Shown: positions 52,851 to 64,000 of the stretch, piece by piece
How positions within the stretch are numbered: position 1 is the stretch's first letter
How the letters are laid out: the number at the start of each line of letters is the position of its first letter
Origin: Octopus vulgaris
Lineage: Eukaryota
Length of the DNA stretch: 64,000 nucleotides
Assembly (NCBI GenBank): GCA_951406725.2
Contig: OX597836.1
Coordinates: forward strand, 38,564,001 to 38,628,000
Direction of reading: 5' to 3'
The notes under the pieces: model-generated
What the model saw: only the letters and a program-made list of their open reading frames with translations
What the model was told of the DNA's origin: nothing
Database searches by the model: none
Translations under genes and position numbers: made by a program

Positions 52851-53258
52851 TCTTTATATATATAAACGGCAAAATGTCTGTGTGTGTGTCCTTTATACAA
52901 GTTTTCCAGTTATATACAAGTTTATACAAGTTTTCCAGTTAGAGGGCTCGCACTTTCTATGGTCATTTAAAACCGTCCAAGGGTGGTCGTACACATCTTT
53001 ACATTCCCCCAGTCACCCCACAAAGCCATTAAAAAGTCAATAGAAGTGACTTTTTTTTGTGAATTTTCTATCCAAAACCCAATCAAAATGCTCGAAACTT
53101 GATACACCAATTGAATGCCAGGTAGCTGTATGTGATTGGTCGGAGATTTGGACAGTACTCGCGTGTATGTGCGCATGCACGCAGCTGTTTATGCATGCAC
53201 GCAGCTGTTTATGCATGCACTAGCACTATGACCCGGTGTTGCCGGGTCATAGCGCTAG
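52851..53258 (+). mobile_element. Helitron family H2 with intact terminal hairpin
   Basis: a|TCttta...ctagcactatgacccgg tgttg ccgggtcatagcgCTAG|t. Confidence 0.85.
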
Positions 53259-53664
53259 TCTTAAATAAAGAAGGACACTTTAAACGAAAGTATTCTAACT
53301 GTAAACTCTGGATATTTACAACTGGAATACTTTTGATCATTAGGTGTATTAATCAGGACTAACTTAACGCTAAGCTACATAAAAATTTTAAATACACTGA
53401 TTTTTCCAACAAAATATAGATTATGCTTTGTCTGTAGAATGAGAATACTAAATCTAAAAGTCAAATGGTTTGAAATATTTTAATGATTACATATAAGGCA
53501 GATTCTAAAAGAATTTATCTAGAAAAATATATGAATTTGTTGCAGTTATGACATCCAAAAGCTTTGTTAGAAAATATAACTACAAGCCTATAATAACATT
53601 GAGAATTACATATCAAGTTCTTAGTAACTGTAGAGTGTAAATCAAAGATATATATATATATCTA

Positions 53665-54083
53665 GGCGCAGGAGTGGCTGTGTGGTAAGTAGCTTGTTTA
53701 CCAACCACATGATTCCGGGTTCAGTCCCACTGCGTGGCACCTTGGGCAAGTGTCTTCTACTATAGCCTCGGGCCCACCAAAGCCTTGTGAGTGGATTTGG
53801 TAGACGGAAACTGAAAGAAGCCCGTCGTATATATGTATATATATATATATGTATGTATGTGTGCGTGTATATTTGTGTGTCTGTGTTTGTCCCCCTAGCA
53901 TTGCTTGACAACCGATGCTGGTGTGTTTATGTCCCCGTCACTTAGCGGTTTGGCAAAAGAGACCGATAGAATAAGTACTGGGCTTACAAAGAATAAGTCC
54001 CGGGGTCGAGTTGCTTGATTAAAGGCGGTGCTCCAGCATGGCCGCAGTCAAATGACTGAAACAAGTAAAAGAGTAAAAGAGTA
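53665..54083 (+). mobile_element. SINE family A (young, full length)
   Basis: family A consensus with (gtaaaaga)n tail. Confidence 0.92.
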
Positions 54084-54086
54084 ATA

Positions 54087-54308
54087 TATTTCTTAACAGC
54101 TCACAAGGGGCTAAACATAGAGGGGGACAAACAAAGGGATTAAGTCGATTACATCGACCCCAGTGCAAAACTGGTACTTTATTTATCGACCCCGAAAGGA
54201 TGAAAGGCAAAGTCGACCTCGGCAGAATTTGAACTCAGAACGTAGCGGCAGACTAAATACTGCTAAGCATGTCGCCCGGCGTGCTAATGATTCTGCCAGC
54301 TCACCGCC
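54087..54308 (-). mobile_element. SINE family B
   Basis: family B consensus. Confidence 0.9.
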
Positions 54309-54346
<38 letters not shown>

Positions 54347-54348
<2 letters not shown>

Positions 54349-54560
54349 AGGGGATGCTAAAATGTTCTTGGCTTTAAGGGTATCATGAAAGGTCTGGTTG
54401 AAGGCCTAACCTTCCAAGTTCTTTTACAGGATTTAGAAAAAAGTACCACTGCAATAAGTGTGCGAATTTGAGAGGGGAAATATGTTGAATAAAATCATTA
54501 GTAACTGATCATCCTGTATTTTCTTTTACTCAAAGCTGGGAACTTTAAAGCACCCTTGTA
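54347..54560 (+). mobile_element. mariner-derived MITE
   Basis: TIR caagggg(a)tgct.aaa.gttc/gaacttt..agcacccttgta; residual C-terminal NKCxNLRGEYVE*; second copy at 57455-57888. Confidence 0.75.
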
Positions 54561-54596
54561 TATATAACTTCGATTTACACTATACAGAGTCAATCA

Positions 54597-54627
<31 letters not shown>

Positions 54628-54762
54628 TATGAGAGGGATGTCATCCCTCTCATATGTATATAATACAATTTACTGAAATTTCAAATTTTAATATGCTAGA
54701 CCACTGGTTTTAAATTAATGTTAATTAAATTAATATCCAATTTCTCACCCTCATTTTAAATT

Positions 54763-54795
<33 letters not shown>

Positions 54796-55191
54796 ACATC
54801 CATACACACATGCATATATATGTGTGTGTATACATACACCTATATCCATACACAGATAGAGGCTAAAATTTGTTAATATATTAACTCTGGGATAATTGAT
54901 GAATGTTAATAAAAGTTTAACAGCCTTGTGTATGTTTATGTGTGTTGCTGGACCAGATTCCGTCAATATTTCTTAATATAACTGAAGGCAAATAGGCTCT
55001 TTAAAAAAAAAAACAAAAAACAAATCAACCACCCACAAATATCTAAGCAATTTATCAATCAAGACATTATTGCAAATGATTTTAGATATTATAAATACCT
55101 AATTTGAGACAGAAAACAAATACAATTAAAAAAAAAAGTAAATAAAATCATTTATAGTATCTAATTTGAAAAGATAGAATAATAGATGATG

Positions 55192-55685
55192 ATCATCATC
55201 ATTGTCGTTTAACGTCTGCTTTCCATGCTAGCATGGGTTGGACGATTTTGACTGAGGGCTGGCGAACTAGATGGCTGCACCAGGCTCCAATCTTGATTTG
55301 GCAGGGTTTCTACAGCTGGATGCCCTTCCTAACACCAACCACTCCGAGTGTGTAGTGGGTGCTTTTTATGTGCCACCGGCACGGGGGCCAGTCAGGCAGT
55401 ACTGGCAACGACCTCGCTCGAATCTTTTTGCACAGGTGCCAGTAAGGTGACGTTGGTAACGATCACGCTCGAATGCTGCCCTTTTACGTTACATGCCACA
55501 GCACAGGGGCTAGTCAGGCAGTACTGGCAATGACCTCGCTCGAATCCTTTTACACATGTGACCAGCACAGGCGCCAGTAAGGCGACGTTGGTAACGATCA
55601 CGCTCGAATGGCGCCCTTTTACGTGCCACTGGCACAGAAGCCAGTTGGCTGCTCTGGCAATGATCATGCTCGGATGGTGCTCTTG
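55192..55685 (-). mobile_element. SINE family C with internal tandem subrepeats
   Basis: family C consensus; duplicated ggcagtactggcaa...gatcacgctcgaatg modules. Confidence 0.85.
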
Positions 55686-57193
55686 GCAATTGGTTATGTT
55701 GTCACCCACCAAGCAAAGGAAATTCAGTTCCGCCCAATAGAACTTGTAGCTCTTTCTCTGTCTCAAGTTACTGCTAATGATGTCAAATACCATCCTACAT
55801 TTCTATTTGTTCAGCAAGCTGTCCTCTCTGTCAGAAGAAGCAATAAACAGAATATAATATAGTCTGCATAAATTATTGTGAGCTTCAGTTAGTTGCAAGC
55901 TAGACCATATTTATCTACAGCTGTTATCTTCTCAGACCCTGGCTAACAGTAAATGGATTAAGGACTGCCAAAATGCACTTCACTTTATCCGACTTCGATA
56001 TTTTTTATTATAATCAAGTGAAATCTTATTTTGTAGTTTGTTTTGGACATCATACATAATGGTCATGCTGGGGCATTGCCTTTATTCCAGAAACATCTAT
56101 AATTAAATTGGCACTAAATTCACCATGCAACAGATATCGAGAAAAAAAATAAAATAAAATTTAGATTGGTTTAATTCAACAATTTATAAATATATACAAT
56201 CAATAAGTTGCTATGGAAACAAAATTTCATGAAAACATCTCTAGTAAATGCAGAGAAGCAAGCTTTTCATTAGAAGAAGCAAAACTGATAATACATAAAT
56301 AAACCTCAAAGACAAAAGAATGAGATTCTACACATCGCTCAATCTGCTAGAAGTAGCAGACAAATCCTCTTAGATCCTATCCTACCATATTAAAAAAGGA
56401 GAAGTATAGTACATTAGTACATAAGATAATGTAGTCCAAGATATATAAAAACATAACAGTATAAACCACAAACCATTAAGCTTGCAAATAATTTTGCTCT
56501 GAACATACAAAAATGTAGCAAATACCAAAAGAGACGTGTATGATAGGCTTTATACAAAAAAACCCAAAAAAAAACCCTGATAACTTCCCTAAATCTATTT
56601 AATGATTCACAAAATTAGATATGCGTATGCCAAATCCCCTGGGAGTTGGTATTTCAAAGGGTTTTTTTTTTTTTTTCCGAGGAGTGGATAATTAGATGCA
56701 CTCTACAGAAATACACTGAAAGACGATTATAATGAAGCAATACGATAAGGAAGAATGGGGAAACAACAGGAAGATGACTACATGACTTTGTGAAAGCAAG
56801 ATGCAAGATTAAAGTGAGAAAAAAATATATGAATAGAAAGAAAGTGATTATGTTGCAAGAGACCATGTTGTTTTGTGATGATAAACATTTCGTCGATGAA
56901 GGTGCAAGCCACCTCATTTAGTTCCTACAACACTTACAACATCAATGGATAAAATCGACTTGCTAAACGCTTGCGTTACCTACTGGGAGTTTTATAAAAC
57001 ATTCATCAAATTTAGCTACAGAGTTCTGTAATAAGTGACACAATACCAGCACCAGGGAAACGAAACGTAATTGGTTGTGGAATAGCCAGAAGTACTTTGT
57101 TGAATGGAGTTAGAAACATATATAAAGTGGAGCCCCATTTCCAAACAACTGATACCTCTAATAGCTTTTATACACATATACACACACACACAC

Positions 57194-57234
<41 letters not shown>

Positions 57235-57322
57235 AGAGTTTACGAAAAGAAACAAAAGACAAAGACAGGTGGTGTACAAAACAAACAGATGTATTAGTAT
57301 AGCACTCAGGAATAGAAAAAGT

Positions 57323-57358
57323 CTTTTACGTTTCAAGCCTACGCTCTTCTTCAGAAAG
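57323..57358 (-). ncRNA. minimal type I hammerhead ribozyme motif
   Basis: CTTT-CTGAAGA-a-GAGC gtag GCTT-GAAA-CG-TA-AAAG; palindromic ACGT stem III. Confidence 0.65.
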
Positions 57359-57454
57359 GGACACAGAAAAAACAAGGAGAGAAACAAGGAGGGGAAAAAA
57401 ATGTGTGTAGTGGCTAATGATCTATCATGGCATACACACACATGTTTGTGTGTG

Positions 57455-57888
57455 TACAAGGGGGTGCTGAAAAGTTGCTGGCTTTGGGTAAAAGAAAATA
57501 CAGGATGATCAGTTAACCCTTTCATTACCAACCCAGTTGAAACTGGCTCTGGCTCTGTAGTATAAATGTCCTGTTTTCATAAATTTTGAATTAAAATCTT
57601 CTACCATACCTTAGTTACAATTTATGTTCCTAACACTAGCTTAATGATAACTAAATTATTTTACTAAATTCTTTGTTATATTTAATGTAATTGAAAGAAA
57701 CACAGAGCATCTCAAAATAAATACAGTAACGAAAGGGCTAAATATATTCCCCTCTCAGATTCACACACTTATTGCAGCAGTCCTTCAGTTTTTCAAAGCC
57801 CTGTAAAAGAACTTGGAAGGTTGAGCCTCCAGCCAGGCTTTTCGTGATACCCTTAAAGTCAAGGACATTTCAGTCCCCTGCCCCTCAT
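57455..57888 (-). mobile_element. mariner MITE with nested TTAA MITE family 2 (57513-57741)
   Basis: homology to 54347-54560 on both sides of the insert. Confidence 0.75.
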
Positions 57889-58588
57889 ATGTATACATAA
57901 ATATACATGAACTGTATTTTCCAACATACAAGTTGAATTTTTCAGACCAAAATTTGCAGCCTAAAAAAATAAAGGTAAGTGAATTGATACACCAAAACGA
58001 ATTTGGAAAGATAATGAAGATGTTTGAATGTTTACACTCCATGTTTACACTATGCTATTCTTTTATTTGTTTCAGTCATTTGACTGCGGCCATGCTGGAG
58101 CACTGCCTTTAAACTACCAGAAAATACAGCATGCACCTACACACACACACTTCACTCATCACATGATGCTGGCCAAACCTTAGCAGTAGTAATATATAAT
58201 ACACACACACAACTGTATATACTCTTATATATACATATACACACACATAAAGGCAGACATGCATACACACATTTGTACATGTATCCAAACACACACTCAT
58301 ACATGCATATCTTTACACACGTTTACACATGCAAACACACACTATATACATGTCATAAAAACACCAAAAGCAGCCCACCCTGATTAGCTAAGTGAATGGC
58401 ATGTAAATCTTCAAAGCAATTATGCTTTCATAGATGAATAAAAATCTGCAGGAAGTCTTCTCTGCTGTATAAATGTATTGGGGAGTGCAGTTATATCCTG
58501 TCCCTTATTCAGCTTTTATCAGCATATAACAAAGAACTCAAATGAAATTAAGGGTTATTCTCTCTCAACAAGAAATGTTCTTCTTACA

Positions 58589-58966
58589 TTAACCCTTTGG
58601 CATTGAAATTAACTCTCCACATGTAATGCTTATTTATTCACATTCATTTGAATCATGCATTGTCTTGTAGCTTTGAGCTCCATGATTTTAGGGATGTGAT
58701 TGTTTGTTTTTAAAATGACATTGTAGGTGAGTATAAGAGGCTGGATCTGGCCAGTTTAAACATAAAACAGGTAGGAATTACAACCGTGTCTGCTACCACA
58801 ACAGCTCTTTTATAGGATTCGGTTAGCTCAAGACATCATCAGGAGGAACCATGTCCGGTTTCGGCCCCTACTCCTCTACCGTTTTGACATGGTGGGGCCC
58901 TTCCTTTTGGAGGTGTCTTCAGCATATTTGGACTGCATATGGCCAGTTTAAATGCTAAAGAATTAA
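58589..58966. mobile_element. MITE family 1 with a ~145-bp GC-rich insert (58775-58920)
   Basis: ttaacccttt...gctaaagaattaa. Confidence 0.7.
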
Positions 58967-59159
58967 ATGAAGGTGGTGGTGTACACAGTTTGCCAGCGAG
59001 AATAACATGGCCCATGTAAAAAAACTTAAAGCTCGCACTGTACATAGTCCAGAGGATGAGGAAGGATTTACAGAACAATAACTTCCTAGCAGCAGCAGTG
59101 TCAATGAAGCTGCTAGGAAAACTCATAATTGCAGTAAACAAAGGATAAGAGATGCTAAT

Positions 59160-59620
59160 TTCATCCAGAAAAGTGAATAGCTCATTGAGGAAAACCTCTC
59201 CATTCAGATACACCAGGCAACCAGGCTGTGATAAGGAGACTATTAGGATTTATGTGAATGAAGACCTTCGTTACAAGTTTTAGAAGGTGTAAACAGTTAC
59301 TCATTCAGAAGTCCAAGGAGAACTGTGTGAAGAGGGTCAAGAAGCTGTTGAACAAGTTGAACATGCTGTGGATTTTCCCAGGTAGTAAAAAACTTTTGCC
59401 AGAACAAATCGTGGTTTTTGGCATGATCAGCAGTTAGGGACCACTCCCACATCTTTAATGTGGGCCTGAAGGTGAACCAGGATGTGTATCAGGGGGTTCC
59501 GGAGAACATGGTAAAGCCCAGGATTGATGAAGTGACTGGAAAGCTGTAATGTTCCAGCAAGATTCTACATCCATGCACAGGGTCAAGAAGACTCAAAAGG
59601 TTTTCTCAGACAAAGGATTG
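59160..59620 (+). pseudogene. decayed Tc1/mariner (maT/DD37D-like) transposase
   Basis: VNEDLRYK..KKLLNKL..PHIFNVGLKVNQDVY..VKPRIDEV..FQQDSTSMHRVKKTQ. Confidence 0.7.
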
Positions 59621-60918
59621 AAGTCTGGAGAGTTAGGAGGTCAGATGTCCAGGCTGACATGTGTCAACCTGCAATACCAAGGATGAAGCAGTGCAGGTGC
59701 CATGCGTTTCAAGATTTGTCAGCTGCAGTCGCGAAAAGCATAAGTTTCTGATTCTGTGGTCATCTCAGGGAGTTATTAAAACCAGCAGGGTTTGTATTGA
59801 ATAATTATGTAGTATATTGGTGCAGTAACTTTGTATAACTTGAATTTACAATAAATCTTAAAAGATTTCATGCCTTGTTTCCTGAACTCTGTTGGCCACA
59901 CCAACTGTATGTCCACACTGTGTGTGTGTGTATTTGTGTGGATGGATAGATGGATAGATAGATATTTCATTTTTGGATCTGGTTTGCAAGATTTTTTTAT
60001 GTGAGCTCATGTGCTGAAGCATATTTTGTTGTGTCTGGGGAGAGACATTCTCTTTCAGTGCCTTATTATTTAACACACTCACCAGTAAAGTTTCCACTCA
60101 TTTACCGGACACAAAGATGGATGGATGGATATACAGCACATCTCTTTCAGTTTCTGTCCATCAATTCCACTCCCAAAGCTTTGAACAGCTCAGAGTTACA
60201 GGAAACACTTGCCTGAGGAGCCATGCAGTGGAACTGAATCTGGAGCCATGTGGTTGGGAAGCAAGTATCTCAACCACACAATCATGTCTGCACACACACA
60301 CACACACACTCACACACACACACACTCATGTATTGCTGCACAATCACAAATATTTATACATAAACATACCCATGAAAATTTGTGACAAACTCCAGGTATT
60401 GAGCGATAACTGCTAATCAAGTGAATAAGTGAAATTGTTAAGAAAATTATGGAAAAGAGAAAAAGAAAAAGGAACTGAAAGGTAAAAAAAAAATCTAAAG
60501 TTAGATAAAGAGAAATGTAAATAATAACAAGAATAAGAAAGAATTCAACGCATCTGAGCCAAATGAGATTATGTTTGTGACAAAATGTTTGTTAATTTGC
60601 ATCACTGAAATTGCCGAGTGCGTAACAAGAAAGAAGCCTTGAGTCAAGTTTTGAATTAGATTCAAAGCAGGATTTTGGACAAGATTGCATGACTTGACAA
60701 ATTTCAGGTTGATAAACCTTAACCTCCAGACAGGCAGATGTGTTTGTGAAAGAAGCTCTTTCATGTCGTGATTATGGAATAGTGAGATGCATGACAATAC
60801 CTGTTGTTAGCTCAAGTTAAAATCTATTCTGAGGTTTACGTCAACAACTGGGAAATACGAAGCCAGTGGGTATCTGTTTGAAATATTCCAGCATCAATGT
60901 TCCACTTTATATCTATAT

Positions 60919-61325
60919 ACTTTTACTCTTTTACTTGTTTCAGTCATTTGAATGTGGCCATGCTAGAGCACCGCCTTTAATCGAGCAACTCGATCCCAGG
61001 ACTTATTCTTTTGTAAGCCCAGTACTTATTCTATCGGTCTCTTTTGCCGAACCACTAAGTTACGGGGACATAAACACACCAGCATCGGTTGTCAAGCAAT
61101 GCTAGGGGGACAAACACAGACACGCAAACACATACACGCATATATATATATATACACATATACGACAGGTTTCTTTCAGTTTCCGTCTACCAAATCCACT
61201 CACAAGGCTTTGATCAGCCCGAGGCTATTGTAGAAGACATTTGCCCAAGGTGCAATGCAGTGGGACTAAACCCGGAACCATGTGGTTGGTAAACAAGCTA
61301 CTTACCACACAGCCACTCCTGCGCC
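60919..61325 (-). mobile_element. SINE family A
   Basis: family A consensus. Confidence 0.9.
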
Positions 61326-61691
61326 CATATCTATACATAATCTTAATCTACCCATAAAGAGTGATTTCATGGTAGCTTTTAACATTCTTTTGAGTGGCAA
61401 CACTTGTAAATAAGGTTTCAAACCAGTTTATTCTAAGTATATTCCAAGGCAGTGACAAGTGACCGAGACCTTTGACAATATACCATGCTTGAGAAGACCT
61501 GTCAAGCCAAGTGACATTGTAGTCATGGCCAATCACAAATATGATCAAAAGTTTTTCAGTTATGGCCAGCCATACATTGTTTTGTTTTTCTTTTTGTTTT
61601 GTACATCAGACTACATTATGTCACACAATCATTTTTAAGGTTGTAAGATGTAATTTGAGAAAGATTTGCCAGCTAGTTCTTGCTCAGACAT

Positions 61692-61951
61692 AATGAAAAT
61701 AAATGCGCCCTTTTAAAGCCTAGCCAGGCTCATGGGCCCGGTTTCCCGGTCTCAATGGCATATGTGTTCCCCAGCTGGACAGGATGCCAGTCCATCAGAG
61801 CGTTACTCATTTTTGCCAGCTGAGTGGACTGGAGCAACGTGAAATGAAGTGTTTTGCTCAAGAACACAACGCATCGCCCGGTCCAGGAATTGAAACCACA
61901 ACCATACGATCATGATGCTAACACCCTAACCACTAAGCCACATGCCTCCAC
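61692..61951 (-). mobile_element. tRNA-derived CORE-type SINE (family D, different tail)
   Basis: head gtggaggcatgtggcttagtggttagg, gtgttcttgagcaaaacact; 13-bp TSD cttgctcagacat. Confidence 0.85.
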
Positions 61952-62147
61952 CTTGCTCAGACATGGTCATACTTTTTTGTTTGTGGTGTACGTCATGTGA
62001 GACATGGCTCATCAACAGATGAACCACACTATTTAAAAAATTCAAGGTAACTTGATTGACTGGATGCATACAACATGCAACAATTAAACCATCCAAGCTT
62101 CAGCCCTAATGTTGACTCCTACCATTGCAAGTACACACAAGTCATCC

Positions 62148-62378
62148 TATTTCTTTACTAACCACAAGGGGCTAAACACAGAGAGGACAAACAAGGACAG
62201 ACAAATGGATTAAGTCGATTACATCGACCCCAGTGCATAATTGGCACTTATTTAATCGACCCCGAAAGGATGAAAGGCAAAGTCAACCTCGGCAGAATTT
62301 GAACTCAGAACGTAACGACAGACAAAATACGGCTACGCATTTCGCCCGGCACGCTAACGTTTCTGCCAGCTCGCCGCC
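62148..62378 (-). mobile_element. SINE family B
   Basis: family B consensus; TSD cacacaagtcatc. Confidence 0.9.
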
Positions 62379-62526
62379 ACACAAGTCATCTATATCTGAG
62401 GTTGAGCTATGATGTAATAATGTAATGCAAAATGCACAACAATAATAAGAGAAAGGAACAAGGGTATTGGTTTGGTGCTCCTTTATTTCAGCTGTTGCAC
62501 GTTTCAATATTCAGCAACACAATAAA

Positions 62527-63245
62527 GGCAGTGAGTTGGCAGAATTGTTAGCATGCTGGGTAATAAACTTAGTGGTATTTCATCAGGCGGCGAGCTGGCA
62601 GAAACGTTAGCATGCCAGGCGAAATACTTAGTATTTCGTCTGCCGTCACGTTCTGAGTTCAAATTCCGCCGAGGTCAACTTTGCCTTTCATCCTTTCGGG
62701 GTCGATTAAATAAGTACCAGTTACGCACTGGGGTCGATGTAATCGACTTAATCCGTCTGTCTGTCCTTGTTTGTCCTCTCTGTGTTTAGCCCCTTGTGGG
62801 TAGTAAAGAAATAGGTATTTCATCAGTTGTTACATTCCTATTTCTTTATTACCCACAAGGGACTAAACACAGAGGGGACAAACAAGGACAGACATAGGTA
62901 TTAAGTCGATTACATCGACCCCAGTGCGTAACTGGTTCTTAATTTATCGACCCCGAAAGGATGGAAGGCAAAGTCGACCTTGGCGGAATTTAAACTCACA
63001 ACGTAACGCAAATGAAATACCACTAAGCATTTCGCCCGGCGTGCTAACGTTTCTGCCAGCTCGCCGCCTTATTCAGTAATCAGTTGTTACATTCCGAGTT
63101 CAAATACTGTTGAGTTCAACTTTGCCTTTCATCTTTTCATGATCAATAAAATAAGTACCAGTTGTGTACTGAGGTCGATGTAATTGACTATCTCTGTCTC
63201 TCTCCTCTGAACTTTCTGACCTTGTGCCAAAATTTGAAACCAATA
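62527..63245. mobile_element. old SINE B with two young SINE B copies nested in opposite orientations
   Basis: TSDs ggtatttcatcag (62574 and 62814) and atcagttgttacattcc (62822 and 63079). Confidence 0.88.
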
Positions 63246-63435
63246 TTTAGTAACATATGACATCACACCATAGATGCAACAAATAGATGCACCCTGCAGT
63301 TGCCAGCATGGGGAGCAAAAACATGGTCAGATAGTTATATAGGAAATATATTGCCGACTATTGAAACATATGTAATAACTGAAATAAAGGAGTACCAAAT
63401 CAATTACCATGTTCTTTTCTCTTCATATATACATA

Positions 63436-63833
63436 GGCGCAGGAGTGGCTGAGTGGTAAGTAGCTTATCTATCAACCACATGGTTCCGGGTTCAATCCCA
63501 CTGCGTGGCACCTTGGGCAAGTGTCTTCTACTATAGCCTCGGGCCGACCAAAGCCTTGTGAGTGGATTTGGTAGACGGAAACTGAAAGAATCCCGTCGTA
63601 TATATATGTATATATATGCGTATGTGTGTGTGTGTCTGTGTTTGTCCCCCTAGCATTGCTTGACAACCGATGCTGGTGTGTTTATGTTTCCGTTACTTAG
63701 CAGTTCGGCAAAAGAGACCGATAGAATAAGTACTGGGCTTACAAAAGAATAAGTCCCGGGGTTGAGTTGCTCGATTAAAGGCGGTGCTCCAGCATGGCCG
63801 CAGTCAAATGACTGAAACAAGTAAAAGAGTAAA

Positions 63834-63836
<3 letters not shown>
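63436..63836 (+). mobile_element. SINE family A (young)
   Basis: family A consensus followed by (TA)n(GA)n. Confidence 0.92.
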
Positions 63837-63911
<75 letters not shown>

Positions 63912-64000
63912 TAATAAGAAAATGGAGGTCATCAACAGGTGGTATTCATCAACTTTTAGACATTATATTATGTCAACTTATTTATTTACTTAAATATTCT

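Noticed and set aside
56680-57110. Possible LTR-retrotransposon RT remnant
   Set aside because: Only vague peptide resemblance, with many stops
61860-61951. tRNA gene
   Set aside because: tRNA-like head of a SINE with a TSD; no complete cloverleaf is evident
6744-63666. Recurrent ORFs such as YDGLLSVSVYQIHSQGFGRPEAIVEDTCP
   Set aside because: Antisense translation of SINE A copies, not a gene family

Overview
AT-rich, repeat-dense eukaryotic genomic DNA. The SINE repertoire and the (TA)n/(CA)n/(TACA)n load look like an octopus (coleoid cephalopod) genome; this is inferred from pattern recognition, not from a search. No intact protein-coding gene is present, and nearly all listed ORFs are artefacts of SINEs, microsatellites or a 24-bp minisatellite. 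The window holds dozens of tRNA-derived SINEs (at least 5 families, labelled A-E here), 5'-truncated RTE and CR1 LINE ends, non-autonomous Helitrons, TTAA (piggyBac-type), hAT and mariner MITEs, and decayed mariner/maT transposases, often nested. The best leads are: (1) a textbook recursive-splice (AG|GTAAGT) site with a 25-nt cryptic exon on the minus strand in a TE-poor island; (2) a few candidate minus-strand micro-exons, suggesting the window is mostly giant intron; (3) many Penelope-type minimal hammerhead ribozyme motifs, several inside foldback palindromes; (4) a SINE family that repeatedly joins its tail to one internal site and builds nested hairpins. Coordinates were read by eye and may be off by a few bases.
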